NCBI RefSeq assembly: GCF_018977255.1
Contig: NW_024704745.1
Span: 26,722,001 to 26,786,000 of the forward strand
From: Callorhinchus milii
Lineage: Eukaryota
DNA: 64,000 nt
Direction: 5' to 3'
The position numbers were made by a program, and so were the translations under genes. The notes beneath the pieces were generated by a model, which saw only the letters and a list, made by a program, of their open reading frames with translations, made no database searches and had not been told where the DNA came from. Positions 1 to 12,130 of the stretch are shown here, piece by piece (position 1 is the stretch's first letter; every line of letters starts with the position of its first letter).

Positions 1-153
1 ACAAATTATGTCTTAATCTGTATTCAAATATTAATGAAGTTATATAAAATGATTTTAGGAATATGTATTTGACTGTTTTTTTCCAGTTAAGTGTCATTAC
101 ACACTGTATTTGAGTACTGCTTGTATGGTAATAACTGTCTGTTCTGCATTCAG

Positions 154-222
154 GTGACCTCAGAAACAATCTTTGACCCCCGAATTGCAAGTTTGTTCAA
201 GAAAACATTAATTAGCTCATAG
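154..222 (+). CDS. Putative terminal coding exon of a gene starting upstream of the window (VTSETIFDPRIASLFKKTLISS*)
   Basis: Good acceptor ctgtctgttctgcattcag|GTG at 153/154. Phase 0 is open for 22 codons to TAG at 220-222, and the other two phases stop early. AATAAA follows at 233-238. Protein not recognised. Confidence 0.5.
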   Translation: MTSETIFDPRIASLFKKTLISS

Positions 223-537
223 AGAACACAGAAATAAAAACATTTGTTTCCAATAATCATTTTTGCAATGTTTTATCACAAGAAATACTTTATATCTTTT
301 TAAAAAATACTTTGAAAATGAATAGATCGTAATATATTATATCAAACTTGAAGACTAAATCTTACTGAAAACAACAGTTAGAAAGAAACATTTTTTCCCT
401 GTCTTTTCTGTTTTTATTGACTGCAGGATTTTCATTAAAATAACATTGATTTCAGCACCATGGAATTGACTTGAAAATCACTGAACCTTGTCAATGTAAG
501 GAATTGTACCTGATTGAGGAAATAGACATTAGAAGAA

Positions 538-1085
538 AACAACAACAAAAACAAGATTACATTTGTACAGCGCCTTTCATGTCGGGAGGACGTCCCAAGG
601 CGCTGGACAGAGTACAGCATTTCAGTCCTGAGCTGGGGTTGGTGGGGTAGGGAGGGGAGGGGAAGGGGGTTGGCTGATGACATGGCCGAAGAGGAGGGTT
701 TTGAGGCGAGACTTGAAGGAGGCTAAGGAGGGGGTGAGGGGAGTGACTGGGGGATGGAATTCCAGAGGTTGGGGGCAGAGTGGCTGAAGGCTCTCGCACC
801 AAAGGTGGGGCGGGTGGGTCGGGGGACGTGGCCGGAGCCATCTGAGTGGAGGGAATGGGTGGGTTGATAGGGGTTTAGGCAGTGGCAGAGGTAGGGTGGG
901 GCGAGGCCATGGAGAGATTTGTATGTGAGGACCAGGATCTTGAATGGGATCCTCTGAAGGATAGGGAACCAATAGAGTTGGGCGAGAATGGGGGAGATGG
1001 GGAGTTTGGTGCGGGAGAGGACACGGGCTGCAGAGTTCTGGATTATCTGCAGCCTGTGGAGGGAGGAGTTGGGAAGGCCATCAAG
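538..1085 (-). mobile_element. L2 LINE, 5'-truncated 3' end
   Basis: ORF 723-1130 contains GLPNSSLHRLQIIQNSAARVL...PILAQLYWFPILQRIPFKIL...HGLAPPYL...GARAFSHSAPNLWNSIP, the L2 ORF2 C-terminus. It ends in a 3' hairpin and (TTG)n tail at 538-605. Confidence 0.92.
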
Positions 1086-2550
1086 CAAGCAACAAGCAGA
1101 AACACAAAGAGATCTACTGATATTTATCAACTGGATAGCATAATCACAGGTAAACCTGAATAGCTAATAACTATAAATATGTCTAACAGCAAAAAATGAT
1201 TACAGAATGAAAGGTATAGTAAATATAGTAACTCAAGCAAAGGTTTAGGAATAATCGGCATTGAAAGTGTTGTCACTCTAAGCTAGCAATGTGAAGGAAT
1301 ATGTTTACTGTGAAAGTAGTTCTGCAGAAGGTAAATCCAGGGAAGTCTAAGGAACACTTCATAAAGGATCAGAGAAACCACAATTGAAGCATTAAATTAG
1401 ATCTGGCCACAATATTTGTATAAAAAAAAGCATACATAGAGAAGATTCAGAGATCAACATCCAGATTTTAGATCGCTGAGTTATTAAGATTGGCTATGAA
1501 ATGGAATTGAAGAACCAGGCAAATGATCATAAGTAAAATAAGCCATGGAGGTACTTCTTATCTTAAGGAATAACTCTTTACACTTAGAGGCACTCACTTT
1601 TAAAGCAAAACTGTACTTATGCAATTGCTGCTGCCTTCATTGTAACATTTAAAATGAGAATTTAATCACATCAGACTCAGGAAAGTCTATATATGAAATG
1701 CCCGATGAAAATAAAACAGGAAGACCAGGTTCTGAAAGAAGACTTGGGTGATTTATCTTTCTCATTCCCAAATATTTATGTTATCAACACATGAGTTTGT
1801 TGGGATTTCTTAATTACCAAACCAGGAAATCCATGATGGTAACTTGTAGGAATATTCAAACTAGATCTATTTTCAGAGCAGAGTTCCCTTGTGTCATGGG
1901 TTACCAGGAGTCCCCATTCGGATTTTCTAATTAGGAAACCCATTAGGAAATATCGCATTATCAATTCCCGTAGTTAAAATTGTTGAGAACTAAATTAACT
2001 TGGGGTTAATTGCACTAAACTAAATCAGCACATGCACTTCATCAGCCTTCTGATCCAATTCTAGTGAAACAAATGAAAAGACAGGTACACAAGAAAGTAT
2101 GGAAAGTAATGGCAATTGCGATCATTGAGTGGTTCATTTTAACAGTTCATGTACAATCTTCTCCAGTGTGAAACCTTCTTATCCTATTTATTCACCTAAG
2201 GGAGATGATTAACTCTAGTCAAATCTTTCAACAGGTCAAAAGTCTGATGTAAACTATTTCCCTGCTTCCTAATGTACTGGTTACAACCTCCGCTGTTTAA
2301 CTTTGACTAGCTACACTGTATATGACATTTCCATAGTAACAGCAGCAAGGAAACCATTGTTTACTGTAAGAATATTTGATCATCCACATTATCTTCAATC
2401 AAGTTATCAACCAAAAATTCAACACGCTCTTTTTAAAGGAATTTGTACATATATTATTACATCAGCCAAAAATGTAGTAAAAACAGTGAACAGTAAATAT
2501 CAATAAACTTGGAGTGAGCCCTCCCCAAGATCAATGATAACTTGATTTTT

Positions 2551-3860
2551 TTAGGAATATAGGAACAATGAGGAAGCCACGTTGAGCCTGTTTGCCGGTT
2601 TATTAGATCATGGGAAGATTTTTAATCTCATTTACCACCCTATTTAACCTCCTTACCCCTTATTATACTTACTTAATATACCGCCCTCGCCTTCACCAAA
2701 TCATCCTTCTACTCCAAGATAATCTTGGATGCGAAGGACAACCCCAGGCTGCTATTCTCCATCACCAACCGGCTCCTCCGTCCACCCTCCCACACCTTGC
2801 CCATTCTCTCCTCAAGCTCTGACTGTGAGGAGACGCTGTATTTCTTTGATTCCGAAATCAAGGGGATCCATTCAGCTGCCTCCGCTCTTCCCCACCTCTG
2901 CAACATTGCCCGACTCTGCCACTGCCTCACTCCTCAGGCCGCCAAAACTCTCTTGCACGCTTTTGTCACCTCAAGGCTCGACTACAGAAATTCCCTCCTT
3001 GTCAGCCACCCTAACTCTTCCCTCCACAAGCTGCAGATCATCCAGAACTCTGCAGCTTGTGTTGTCTCCCACACCAGGCTCCATGACCCCATCAGCCCTA
3101 CCCTCACACAGCTCCTCTGGCTCACCATCTCTAAGAGGATAGAATTCAAAATTCTCATCCTCACTTTCAAGGCCCTCCATAGCCCCGACCCTCCTACGTC
3201 TCTGACCTGCTAACCCCGTACCAACCTGTCCACTGCCTCCGCTCAGCAGGCTCCAGCCTGCTCCTGGTCTCCGACCCAACCATCAGTGGCCGGACTTTCA
3301 GCCTCTCTAACCCCACTCTTTGGAACTTCATCCCACAATCCCTTTGCCTTGCTCCCTCTCTTGCCTCCTTCAAGGCATGACTCAAGACCCTCCTTTTTGA
3401 CCGTTCCTTCAGCCGTCCTCCTACCCCCTCTGCCCTCCCTCATCCCAATCCTGCCCCCCCACACTCAGGTCCTGATCACTGACTGTTCAGCCCCTTGCAG
3501 CATCTTCCCAACGTGAAAGGCGCTTTACAAATGTAATTTTGTTGTTATTGTTAAGTATCAATTCAATCTCCTTTTTAAACATCCCAATTGATTCCGTCTC
3601 TACGGCTTTCTGGGCTGTTCATTTCACATTCTCGCATCTCTGTGTGAAGAAATGTTTTCTGGTGTCACCTAACTATTTTAACTCTGATTTAAGATAACAT
3701 CCCTTTGTTTTGGATCCCTCAATTTGAAGGATGCGTTATCCACTACTAAGCTTGTCAATTCCCTTCTTTACTTTGAACATCTCAATCAAACTATCACTCA
3801 ATTTTCTCACCTCTGAAAAAGATAGCCCAGTTCCAGCTATTCAGCATCTCATTATAGATA
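2551..3860 (-). mobile_element. Decayed CR1 LINE 3' end, split by an L2 insertion (pieces about 2551-2680 and 3553-3860)
   Basis: Reverse strand of 3600-3800 resembles the CR1 ORF2 C-terminus (KHFFTQR, LIEMFK). A CR1-type 3' UTR remnant lies at 2551-2640. Confidence 0.65.
2681..3552 (+). mobile_element. L2 LINE with internal deletion
   Basis: ORF 2725-3213: KDNPRLLFSITNRLLRP (pre-RT linker) is joined directly to HLCNIARL...HAFVTSRLDYRNSLL...QIIQNSAA (post-RT). The tail gtgaaaggcgctttacaaatgtaattttgttgtt is at 3513-3552. Confidence 0.9.
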
Positions 3861-4679
3861 AACTCATTTATGCCAGCTATTAATGCAGCAAATCATTGCT
3901 GGATACTGTCCAAACCAAGTAATAATGAAACTAATGTGCACAAATTGGCTGTTGTGTTCACTTACATATTCAGTGAACAAGTACTTTGTTTTAAAGTGTA
4001 AGATGAAAATGAACTGATAGCACATTCTCAGTCCCTGTGACAAGAATGTGACGGCAGAGTGGATGTTAAAAATATAATAGTGATAGAAGAGGGCTTCCTG
4101 TGGAGAACTAATTGGATGCATTTTCACCTGAAAACAGGCCAACCAGTTTCACAGGAAGTAGACTGACTCAGCAAGTTTGCTGGAAGAATTTAAAAGTAAA
4201 TGAAAAACAAAACACTCCCACATATTAGGACAGGGTGACTCCCTGGGAGCAAGGAAGATTTCCTTTGGTACAATATAAACAAAGTGCAGTGGACTCTTAA
4301 TATTTGATCTCTGTGCCTGAACAGTTATGAGTACTGCATATAAATGGGGAAAATCAAAACTACAGGAAGATGGGCCAAGCTCCAGAGAATACTATAGGGA
4401 GAAATGGGGAATGTCACAGCACATTGAGAAGTCAATGGGCCACTAAGCTTACAAATACGCCACCCCTTATGCACTGCACCTAATCTGCCCACCCCGCATG
4501 GAAGCTGTCGTAAGCAGTCAGCAGGGGTTAATGGTTGATATAATTCTCAATGTGCTGGACTAGTTTCGAACAAAGAATATACAGTAGCTTGTGTGCTCTG
4601 TAAGCTCATTTATGTGATAGGTATTTGGGAGGAATTAATTAGTTGCGTCATAGTCAATACATCGTCAATATTTCCGACA

Positions 4680-5035
4680 ATCTATTTTCAGCTCCATTTG
4701 TTATTTGAACCTGAAGTTAATCTGAAGTTAATTTGTTCCATCAGCCTCATTGACCAGACGATTCACATATTGCAATTGTACTCTCCCTATGGTTGTGCCT
4801 GGTCTATATATTTAATACTAGGAGATTGAACGTTCCACCTGAAAATTATATCAAAGTTCCCCATAATCTCCCCGTAATAATTTAAACAGCTGACTAATTA
4901 ACATAGTAATTCTATATCTACCTATTTGCATCCACGGTACTTGTCATCACCACTGTTTTACTCCTTCAATAGTTGATTGTCATTCAACACCAGTAAAGCC
5001 ACTTTTCCTTCCATCACGTTCTCTTTCCAACTCAC
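4680..5035 (-). mobile_element. Highly decayed CR1 endonuclease-region fragment
   Basis: Reverse strand contains attatggggaactttgat (MGDFN-like) and gatggaaggaaaagtggct (RKGGGVA-like) remnants. Confidence 0.35.
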
Positions 5036-5042
5036 CAGATAC

Positions 5043-6000
5043 AACAACAACAACAAATTACATCTGCATTGCACCTTGCACATTGGGAGGATGCCCTGAT
5101 GTGCTAGAATGTTAGGAATTTGGACCAAGCAAAGGTTTGGGATCAGAAGGAGTGGAGGGCAGGGAGGATAAGGGAAGGAGGGTAACCGAAGATGCAGTCG
5201 AAGAGGAAGGTCTCAAGACGTGCCTTGAAGAAGGCAAGGGAGGGAGTGAGGTGAAGGAACTGTGGGATGGAGTTCCAAAGGGTGAGGGCAGAGAAGCTGA
5301 AGACCCAACCACCGATAGTGGGGAGGGCCGAGCGGGGAGTAGGCTGGGGCCTTCTACTCAGCAGAGGGAGTAGATACGTTGATATGGCATTAGCAGGACA
5401 CCGAGGTAGGAAGGAGCAAGGGCATGGAGAGCTTTGAAGGTGAGCATGAGAACTTTGAACTCTATCCTCTGAGGGATGGGGATCCAGCGGAGCCACATGA
5501 GGGTGGGGGTGATACAGTCATGGAGCCTGATGTGGGAGAGGACACAAGCTGCAGATTTCTGGATAATCTGGATAATTGGTGTAGAAGAGCCTGGATGTGA
5601 TGAATGCATGGATGAGGGTCTCGGCAACCTGAGGGGAGATGCAGTGGCGGAGCCGGACGATGTTGCAGAGGTGGGCCAAGCCAGAACGGATCATAACAAT
5701 AATAATCTTTGCATTTGATATAGCACCTTATCACGTCTTCGAAACATCTAAAAGCTCTTCACAGAATATACTGTAAAGTGAATTGACTGTATTTTTTCTG
5801 TGGTTATTGCCTGGATGTGGAGTAGAAAGGACAGTTCAGGGTCAAACAAGACACCAAGGTTCTGGACTGGCTCCATGAGGTGGAGTGTGCATCCTTGGAA
5901 TGGTGATGCTGCCAGTGCCTGAGGTGTGGAGGTGCTGACGGGAACCAATCAGGAGGGCCTCGGTCTTGTTGACGTTCAACTGTGGAAAGTTAGCTCTCAT
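5043..6000 (-). mobile_element. L2 LINE 3' portion (continues at 6741-6935 beyond a nested L2)
   Basis: Reverse strand reads MRANFPQLNVNKTEALLIGS...PVQNLGVLFDPELSF...IIQKSAACVL...WIPIPQRIEFKVL...FSFSALTLWNSIP. (TTG)n tail at 5043-5057. Confidence 0.9.
5692..5805 (-). mobile_element. DeuSINE 3' fragment inserted in L2
   Basis: aataatctttgcatttgatatagcacc...ttcacagaatatactgtaaagtgaattgactgta is the reverse complement of the SINE tail at 15285-15391. Confidence 0.85.
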
Positions 6001-6740
6001 TCAGAACAAGACAGAAGCCATACTCCTTGGCTGCTGTCAATGTCTTCACTCCTGCGGATCTGAACTCCTCAACTTCCCTGGGCTCTCCCTCACATTCACC
6101 GATCTCGTGCGCAATCTAGACATCCGGTTCTACCTCCAGTTGCCCTTCCTCACTAACGTCCGGTCGCTGACCAGGACCGCCTTCTTCTACCTGCGCCACA
6201 TTGCCCGCCTCCGACCGTACCTTATCCCAAATGCAGTCAAAGCCCTTGTGCATGCGTTTCTCACCTCCTGCTGCTCACATACTTACCTGGGCCAAACTCC
6301 CTACCCACATTTCACCAGTTCTGGCCAGGCTCCACTGGCTTCCCCATCACCAAATGAATTAACTTCAAGATCCTCACATTCGTGTTTAAATCCTTTCACT
6401 CTCTGGCACCTCCCTACCTCTCTGACCTCCTCACTCCCCAATCCACCATTCAGCGTCTCCGCTCAACTAGCACCGGCCTCCTGCTCGTCCAACGCACCCT
6501 CCACCTAACCATTGGAGGTTGCTCTTTCTGAAACTCTGGAACACTCTCCCTCAATCCTTCCACCTTTTCCCCTCTCTGCCGTTGTTCAAGTCCCGCCTGA
6601 AAACCTTCCTTTTTGACCTTGCTTACGTCTACCTCCCTCCCCTTGGCTTGGAGTCAAGCTCCGCCACTGTTAAGTGCTTTGAGATGCTACCCTGTGTGGA
6701 GGGCGCTATGTAAGTGCAAGTTGTTGTTGATGATGATGAT
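6001..6740 (+). mobile_element. L2 LINE 3' portion nested antisense in another L2
   Basis: ORF 5966-6508 reads QNKTEAILLG...VRNLDIRF...TRTAFFYLRHIARLRPYL...ALVHAFLTS. ORF 6519-6713 reads KLWNTLP...FKSRLKTFLF. Tail gggcgctatgtaagtgcaag(ttg)n. Confidence 0.9.
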
Positions 6741-6935
6741 GTCTGACCGTCATTCTGTCAGGACATCAATGGTCCTGGAGTCGAGGGTAGATGCAGATAA
6801 ATAGAGTAGAGATTAACCCCATGTCTGAGGATGATTCACCAGAGTGACCACGTAGATGTTGAAGAGGAGAGGACCAAGGACAGAGCCCTGAGGATTTTCA
6901 CACGAGTCGGTGCAATTGGAAGAGAAGCCGTTGAA
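6741..6935 (-). mobile_element. L2 RT-core fragment (5' continuation of 5043-6000)
   Basis: Reverse strand cctcagggctctgtccttggtcctctcctcttcaacatctac translates as PQGSVLGPLLFNIY. Confidence 0.8.
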
Positions 6936-7675
6936 TTGGTATCAATAATTGACCACCATAATATTTATTTTTAGCAATCTCTTTTAGCAATGTTTCAGTG
7001 TTGTTGCATAAGATATTTGGTTATCAGATCATAAGTTTCATTTTCCCTCCCAGAATTCTGTGGCATCATTAACGTCAATACTCACTGCCCTGCAATCTGC
7101 ATATTATCTTCCAGAGATTCTTTTCCATTGCTTTTTTCATCTTGGTAAAAACATATTTAAGCTTATCTTTCATCACATTATTATCGAGTCAAACCTTGTA
7201 CTTTGCTGTTTAAAGTAACTGCTTTTTTTTATTTGGAAGACTGCTGATAAAGCTTACGCTTGAAAACCTCCAACAAAATACTTTGATTTTAAAATCACAC
7301 TTAAGCCCCTACAAACAGTAACAGAATGTCCCAGAATCCCCCAAAAGTAAGTATTTTACTTGCATTAAAGAATTTGCAGCATTTTTGATCATTTGACACA
7401 AAATGCAAACTATTACCAAATGGTATTATTTCAAAAGGAAAAACAAGGGTATTTAATTTACAGTGAGGTTCTTTTTCTTCTGGTCTGCAGAATGCCAAAT
7501 CACTTCACTTCACAACCCATGAAACAAACAGTTCAGTGAGTTATTCCTCAACTACAATGAATTACTCTTTGCCGTTACCTACACAGAACAGTTATTCTTT
7601 GGTCCACCTTTGGGCATTCTTAAGCCATTCTAACAATTTTTCTTATCTACGTCAACCTGTGATATTGCATTAGTT

Positions 7676-7941
7676 TTACTGGACCAGCAAGGGCAGTTCA
7701 AAGTAACTTTTTGTTGCAAAGAACTTCTTCAATAAGTAAATCCACTTTCGTGTCTGCAAAGTGTATTTTATACCACCTGTCATTTGTTGCTTTTTCCAGA
7801 TTCTACCACTTAAGAAGTGTCCTGCAGGTGCAAAGCAGTCTATATTGTAAACATTAGGCCTACCTGTCATGTACATTGCTTTTTCAACAATTTGCCTGAG
7901 AGTTACATGCGTTAAGTGGTTGGCATAAAATAATGATGGTC
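7676..7941 (-). CDS. Candidate terminal coding exon (PSLFYANHLTHVTLRQIVEKAMYMTGRPNVYNIDCFAPAGHFLSGRIW...FELPLLVQ*)
   Basis: Acceptor ttttctacttcctgttcag|G at 7942/7941. Phase-1 frame is open 87 codons to TAA. Minus-strand AATAAA at 7228-7233. Context is TE-free. No homolog recognised, and an ORF of this length can arise by chance. Confidence 0.3.
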
Positions 7942-10279
7942 CTGAACAGGAAGTAGAAAATTACAACTTTTCCCTCTGATGGAAACAGGGCGATTATGCA
8001 TGTTTACACTGATAATAGTGCTAGTGACAGGGAAAGAGGCAAATCAAGATCAATCTACCATTTTGATGCCAAAAACTGTCCAAGAGAGGAAATGTAACGT
8101 GTTAACCCACAGAGCACCAAGACATTTTGTAGAAACATGTATTAAAATAACCATCCTTTTCCTCCCAAACAGCCTCAGTATTAGCTTTTTGCTTAAAATG
8201 ATTTAGTCTTGAAAGAGATGGTATAATTCCTGAAATGTATACTTACACCCTATCATATTCAAAATATATTAAAGGTTTCTTGTTTTCCACTGGGTTCAGG
8301 CAAGTGAAACATGAGGCAGCTATTTCTGACAATTGTCGGTTTGTAGATGACAAAATTGCTGAAATTTAGAAACATTCAGAAATTTAGGACAGTCTGCCAA
8401 AGGATTTTCTATAACTATTATAACTTGGAATTATGAGAATATAGGCCGAAATCAGCTTTGTAGGCATGCCTTAATTTTCCTGCTAAATCCAGACTGTTCC
8501 AAATGGAAGTTGAAACCATTTTACAAACTGACTCTCTGAGGTGATACCGGTTTATCCAAGCACAGTGTTCACCGTGAAGCATGCCATCAGGCAAAAGTGA
8601 TGCCACACAAACTGACATGGTGACATTTTAAGGAAACCCACACACGCATATGTTCAATGTTCCACTGGTTCTTGCTGCTTCGTCTATGCAGAGGCAAGCA
8701 CTTTGCATGCAGGTTGGCCACAGCTCTCGGAGCAGATAATGTTAACAAAGTTGCTGAACATAACATTATTAAAATAGAAACCAACTGAGCAAAATGGAAA
8801 ACAATACCACATATACTGGAAAGTTGATGAAAATCTCATCCTGCGCTCAATCCAGGGCTGCAAGGGTTAACCCACACTAACTCTTTCCTGGCACCATATG
8901 CCAACAAATTAATTTGCATGGTGGTGAACAGAGAAATTGGGTTGCAGGGATGTTTTTTTTCCCACATGAGACTATTATTTTTTTCGGTTCACCTTTTGTT
9001 CATCAGCAGCAGTAACGGAGGAAATCCTAATTAAAATACGAAGTATGACTCTTACTCTGCTCGGAGATTACAAGGTCTCCAAAAGTAAAAGGAATGCGGA
9101 TTAGTAAATTGCCCTGTTGTTAACAAAGGCGCCCTTAGTGTTCTGAACTGTTAACTTTCCATCCCTCTGGTGTGCATAACTTGTCAGGCCAAAGAAAGAA
9201 AAAGTATTGTGTAATACTATGTAATACTCATGAATGCAGGCATCATTCACATCACTGTAACACATACAAGATGCTTTACTGTGAATAGATTTTCAGAGAG
9301 GGAGGGGGAACAGTTTCAAGCAAGGAGAGCATGCAGAGAGGGACAATATTCTCCTGCTACAAAGAATGCTTTGTAATCCTGCAGATTTGAAGGAATAAAG
9401 ATGTGCTTATGCATTTTGATGAATAGGTGGCAGGTATCCTCCATTTTGACAGGTCAACTCTGAATGAAGCTCGGAAATCTGTCACATTTCGCAGAGCCAA
9501 TGTCAAGAGTGCGGGGTCAAAGTTATACAGAAACAAAATGCCTTTAATGTACAGAAGAACTCCCTTGAATAAGAGCTGTTTTCTTTCTGTACAGCAGGCA
9601 GACAAGCACACACTTCAAATGATATATGGCTCCATTTCTGCTGGAAGAAGGTGCCTTCCACTGGGTGCATTAGGTAGTCAGGGTTGAATGACTGGAAAAC
9701 ATTAATTAATATTATCATCTGCCTAAGAAGTTGTAGTTCTTGTTAATTTCTGCTCCCATTTCACCCTGACTGTTGCACTTCTTGTCTTTTGGCAGGATAA
9801 AGCCATTAGTCGCATTATCTGCATTTTCCAGTCTCACTCAAAGCCATGTATTACTGTAAAGGTAACAGGGATATTACTGAAAGCTCCTTTTTGCAGGTTT
9901 ACCTTTGGTACCACTTGTGAGGTTTATTGCTTAACTGAAGCTCCCGCACGTACTGGAGCAGTGACATACACTAAAGAGCAGGCAATAGTGTCAGCCTTAG
10001 TTAATTGACACAAAACACTCTAGGACTCAACAATTACGTTCCAACAATTCCCATGCATTGTTCACTGTAAACACATTACATTGCTTCTTTGTGATTAAAA
10101 CAGATACAATCATCTTCAATTGTTCTCAGAGACTGGACTGTTTTTAAAAATAAATGACATACAATTCCCATGATCACTTTTTACCAAGCATCAATTCACC
10201 TGAGAGTTTGTAAAGTCAGTATCAAACTGGTTTTCAGAATTGTTATAGCTGGCACAATTGACCTTTACATACCATAAAA

Positions 10280-11105
10280 AATTATATTTGTATACCGTCT
10301 TTCAAGTCAGGAGGACGTCCAAGGCGTTGGACAGTCGGGGGTCGGGATCAGGGAGGGTGGAGGGTAGGGGAGGGGTAGGAGGGTGGCCGAAGGCTCGGTC
10401 AAAGAGGAGGAACTTAAGACACACCTTGAAGGAGGCAAAAGACAGAGTGAGGAGAAGGGAATGGGCGATAGGGTTCCATAGGGTGAGAGCAGAAAGGCTG
10501 AAGGCCCGACTGTCGATGACCGCCAGAGCCTGCTGAGTGGAGTGAGCGGACATGTTGATATTGGGTCAGCAAGTTGCAGAAGTAGGCAGGAGGGCCTTGA
10601 AGATGAGGATTTTGAACCTTATCTTCTGGGGGATGGGGAGCCAATGGATCTGGGTGAGGGTGGGCTTGATGAGGTCACAGAGTCCGGTGCGGGAGAGGAC
10701 ACAAGCTGCAGCATTCTGGATGACCTGCAGCTTGTGGAGGGAAGAGTTGGAAAGGCTGACAAGCAGGGAGTTGGCATAGTCGAGCCGAGATGTGATGAAT
10801 ATGTGGATGAGGTTTTTGACGGTCTGAGGGGAGAAGCAGTGGCCAAGCTGGGAAATGTTGTGGAGGTGGGGGAAGGCAGAGCGGGTCATGGTATGGATGT
10901 GGGGTCGAATGGACAGTTGATGATCAAACAAGAAGCCAAGATTCCGAACTGGTTTAGTAAGGTGGAGTGTGCATCCATGGATGGTGATGTTGTCTGTGCT
11001 TGAGCTATGGAGGGGCTGACGGGAGCCAATCAGGAGAGCCTCGGTCTTGTTGACGTTCAACTGTGAAAAGTCAGCTCTCATCGAGGACTTGGTGTTTGAC
11101 AGATA
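10280..11105 (-). mobile_element. L2 LINE 3' portion
   Basis: ORF 10566-11117 reads QLNVNKTEALLIGS...PVRNLGFLFDHQLS...FITSRLDYANSLL...QVIQNAAACVL...HWLPIPQKIRFKIL. Confidence 0.92.
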
Positions 11106-11182
11106 TGCTCTGTTCACTGTAAACTGGATGACCTTTGCTGTCAGACTGCCTGCTGGAACCTTAAAAGTAGATAAAGGGCATG

Positions 11183-11605
11183 TGTGTCGTTGGCTCAGCT
11201 GGTGGGACTTTTGCCCTGAAGAGAGAAGGTTGTGAATTCAAACCCCAGGTTGGGATTTGGAACTCAGTCTACTATGTCGGGGTGGAGTGGGTTGTGCTGC
11301 ATTGTCAGAGGTGCCACCCTTCAGATGAGATATTAAATTGCCACCTGACTCTTCAACTGGACATTGAAAAATTGAAGATCCCATGGCACTATTCAAAGAG
11401 AAAAACATTTCCCTGTATCATGGCCAACAATCCCACAGATAAAAATTATTATGCACTTCATGTTTGTTTGTGTGACATTGCTATGTGCAAATTGACAGCT
11501 GCGCTTGCCTACAAACTACACGGTCACTTCACAGTTTATCCTGTGAAGCGTTTTGAAATGTTCTCACAACGTGAAAGGCTCTATTGCAAATGCAACAATT
11601 ATTCT
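11183..11605 (+). mobile_element. Old full-length DeuSINE (SacSINE1/AmnSINE1-like)
   Basis: tRNA-like head (tggctcagctgg...gaattcaaaccc), Deu-domain text (gtgctgcattgtcagaggtgcc...cagatgaga...agatcccatggcactattc) and L2-type tail (gtgaaaggctctattgcaaatgcaa). Confidence 0.8.
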
Positions 11606-11880
11606 TATTCAATAGTGTTTCTCTTGGTTTTTTCATGAGAAAGCAAATCATAGCAGACAGGCCTGAACAGTTTTTTTGAAAATTAAAAAAAAACTTTCCT
11701 TGTAATTGTGTTGGCCTTTTTCACTATCCTACAATGAGAGGCTTGGTGATCAACTTCTCTCAGGTCTCCGTCTGGAAAAATGCAGCATGGGCTCAATCAC
11801 TCTTCAGTCTTCTATAAAAATACGTCCACGCTAATCCAAACAGATTTGGCAATATAACTGAAATTAGAACCTCCCTAATG

Positions 11881-12000
11881 ATAGATAGGACCATAGAAAT
11901 TTGCAGCACACAAGACCATTCGACCCATTGTGTCTGTGCCAGCTCTATCAAGAGCAATCCATTCAGTCCCATTTACCTGCCCCTTTTCTCATACCACTGA
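11881..12000 (-). mobile_element. CR1 3' UTR/tail fragment
   Basis: ccattcgacccattgtgtctgtgccagctct matches the CR1 tails at 41515-41622 and 48251-48338. Confidence 0.7.
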
Positions 12001-12130
12001 CACTTCCTCATACGCCTTTATCTTCATGGTTCTCCGTCACAGAGTATCACTTGCCAATGTTCAAGATGATCACTGCCATATTACAACTCTACTCTTTCTC
12101 TTCAGTTTTTTGAGGAGACGACAGCCCAAA

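Noticed and set aside
435-6804. Many overlapping ORFs of 60-180 aa
   Set aside because: Nearly all fall in L2 fragments. They are broken ORF2 pieces or Pro/Ser- and Gly/Arg-rich alternative frames.
11180-11638. 152-aa ORF
   Set aside because: Coincides with an old DeuSINE, so it is a chance open frame.
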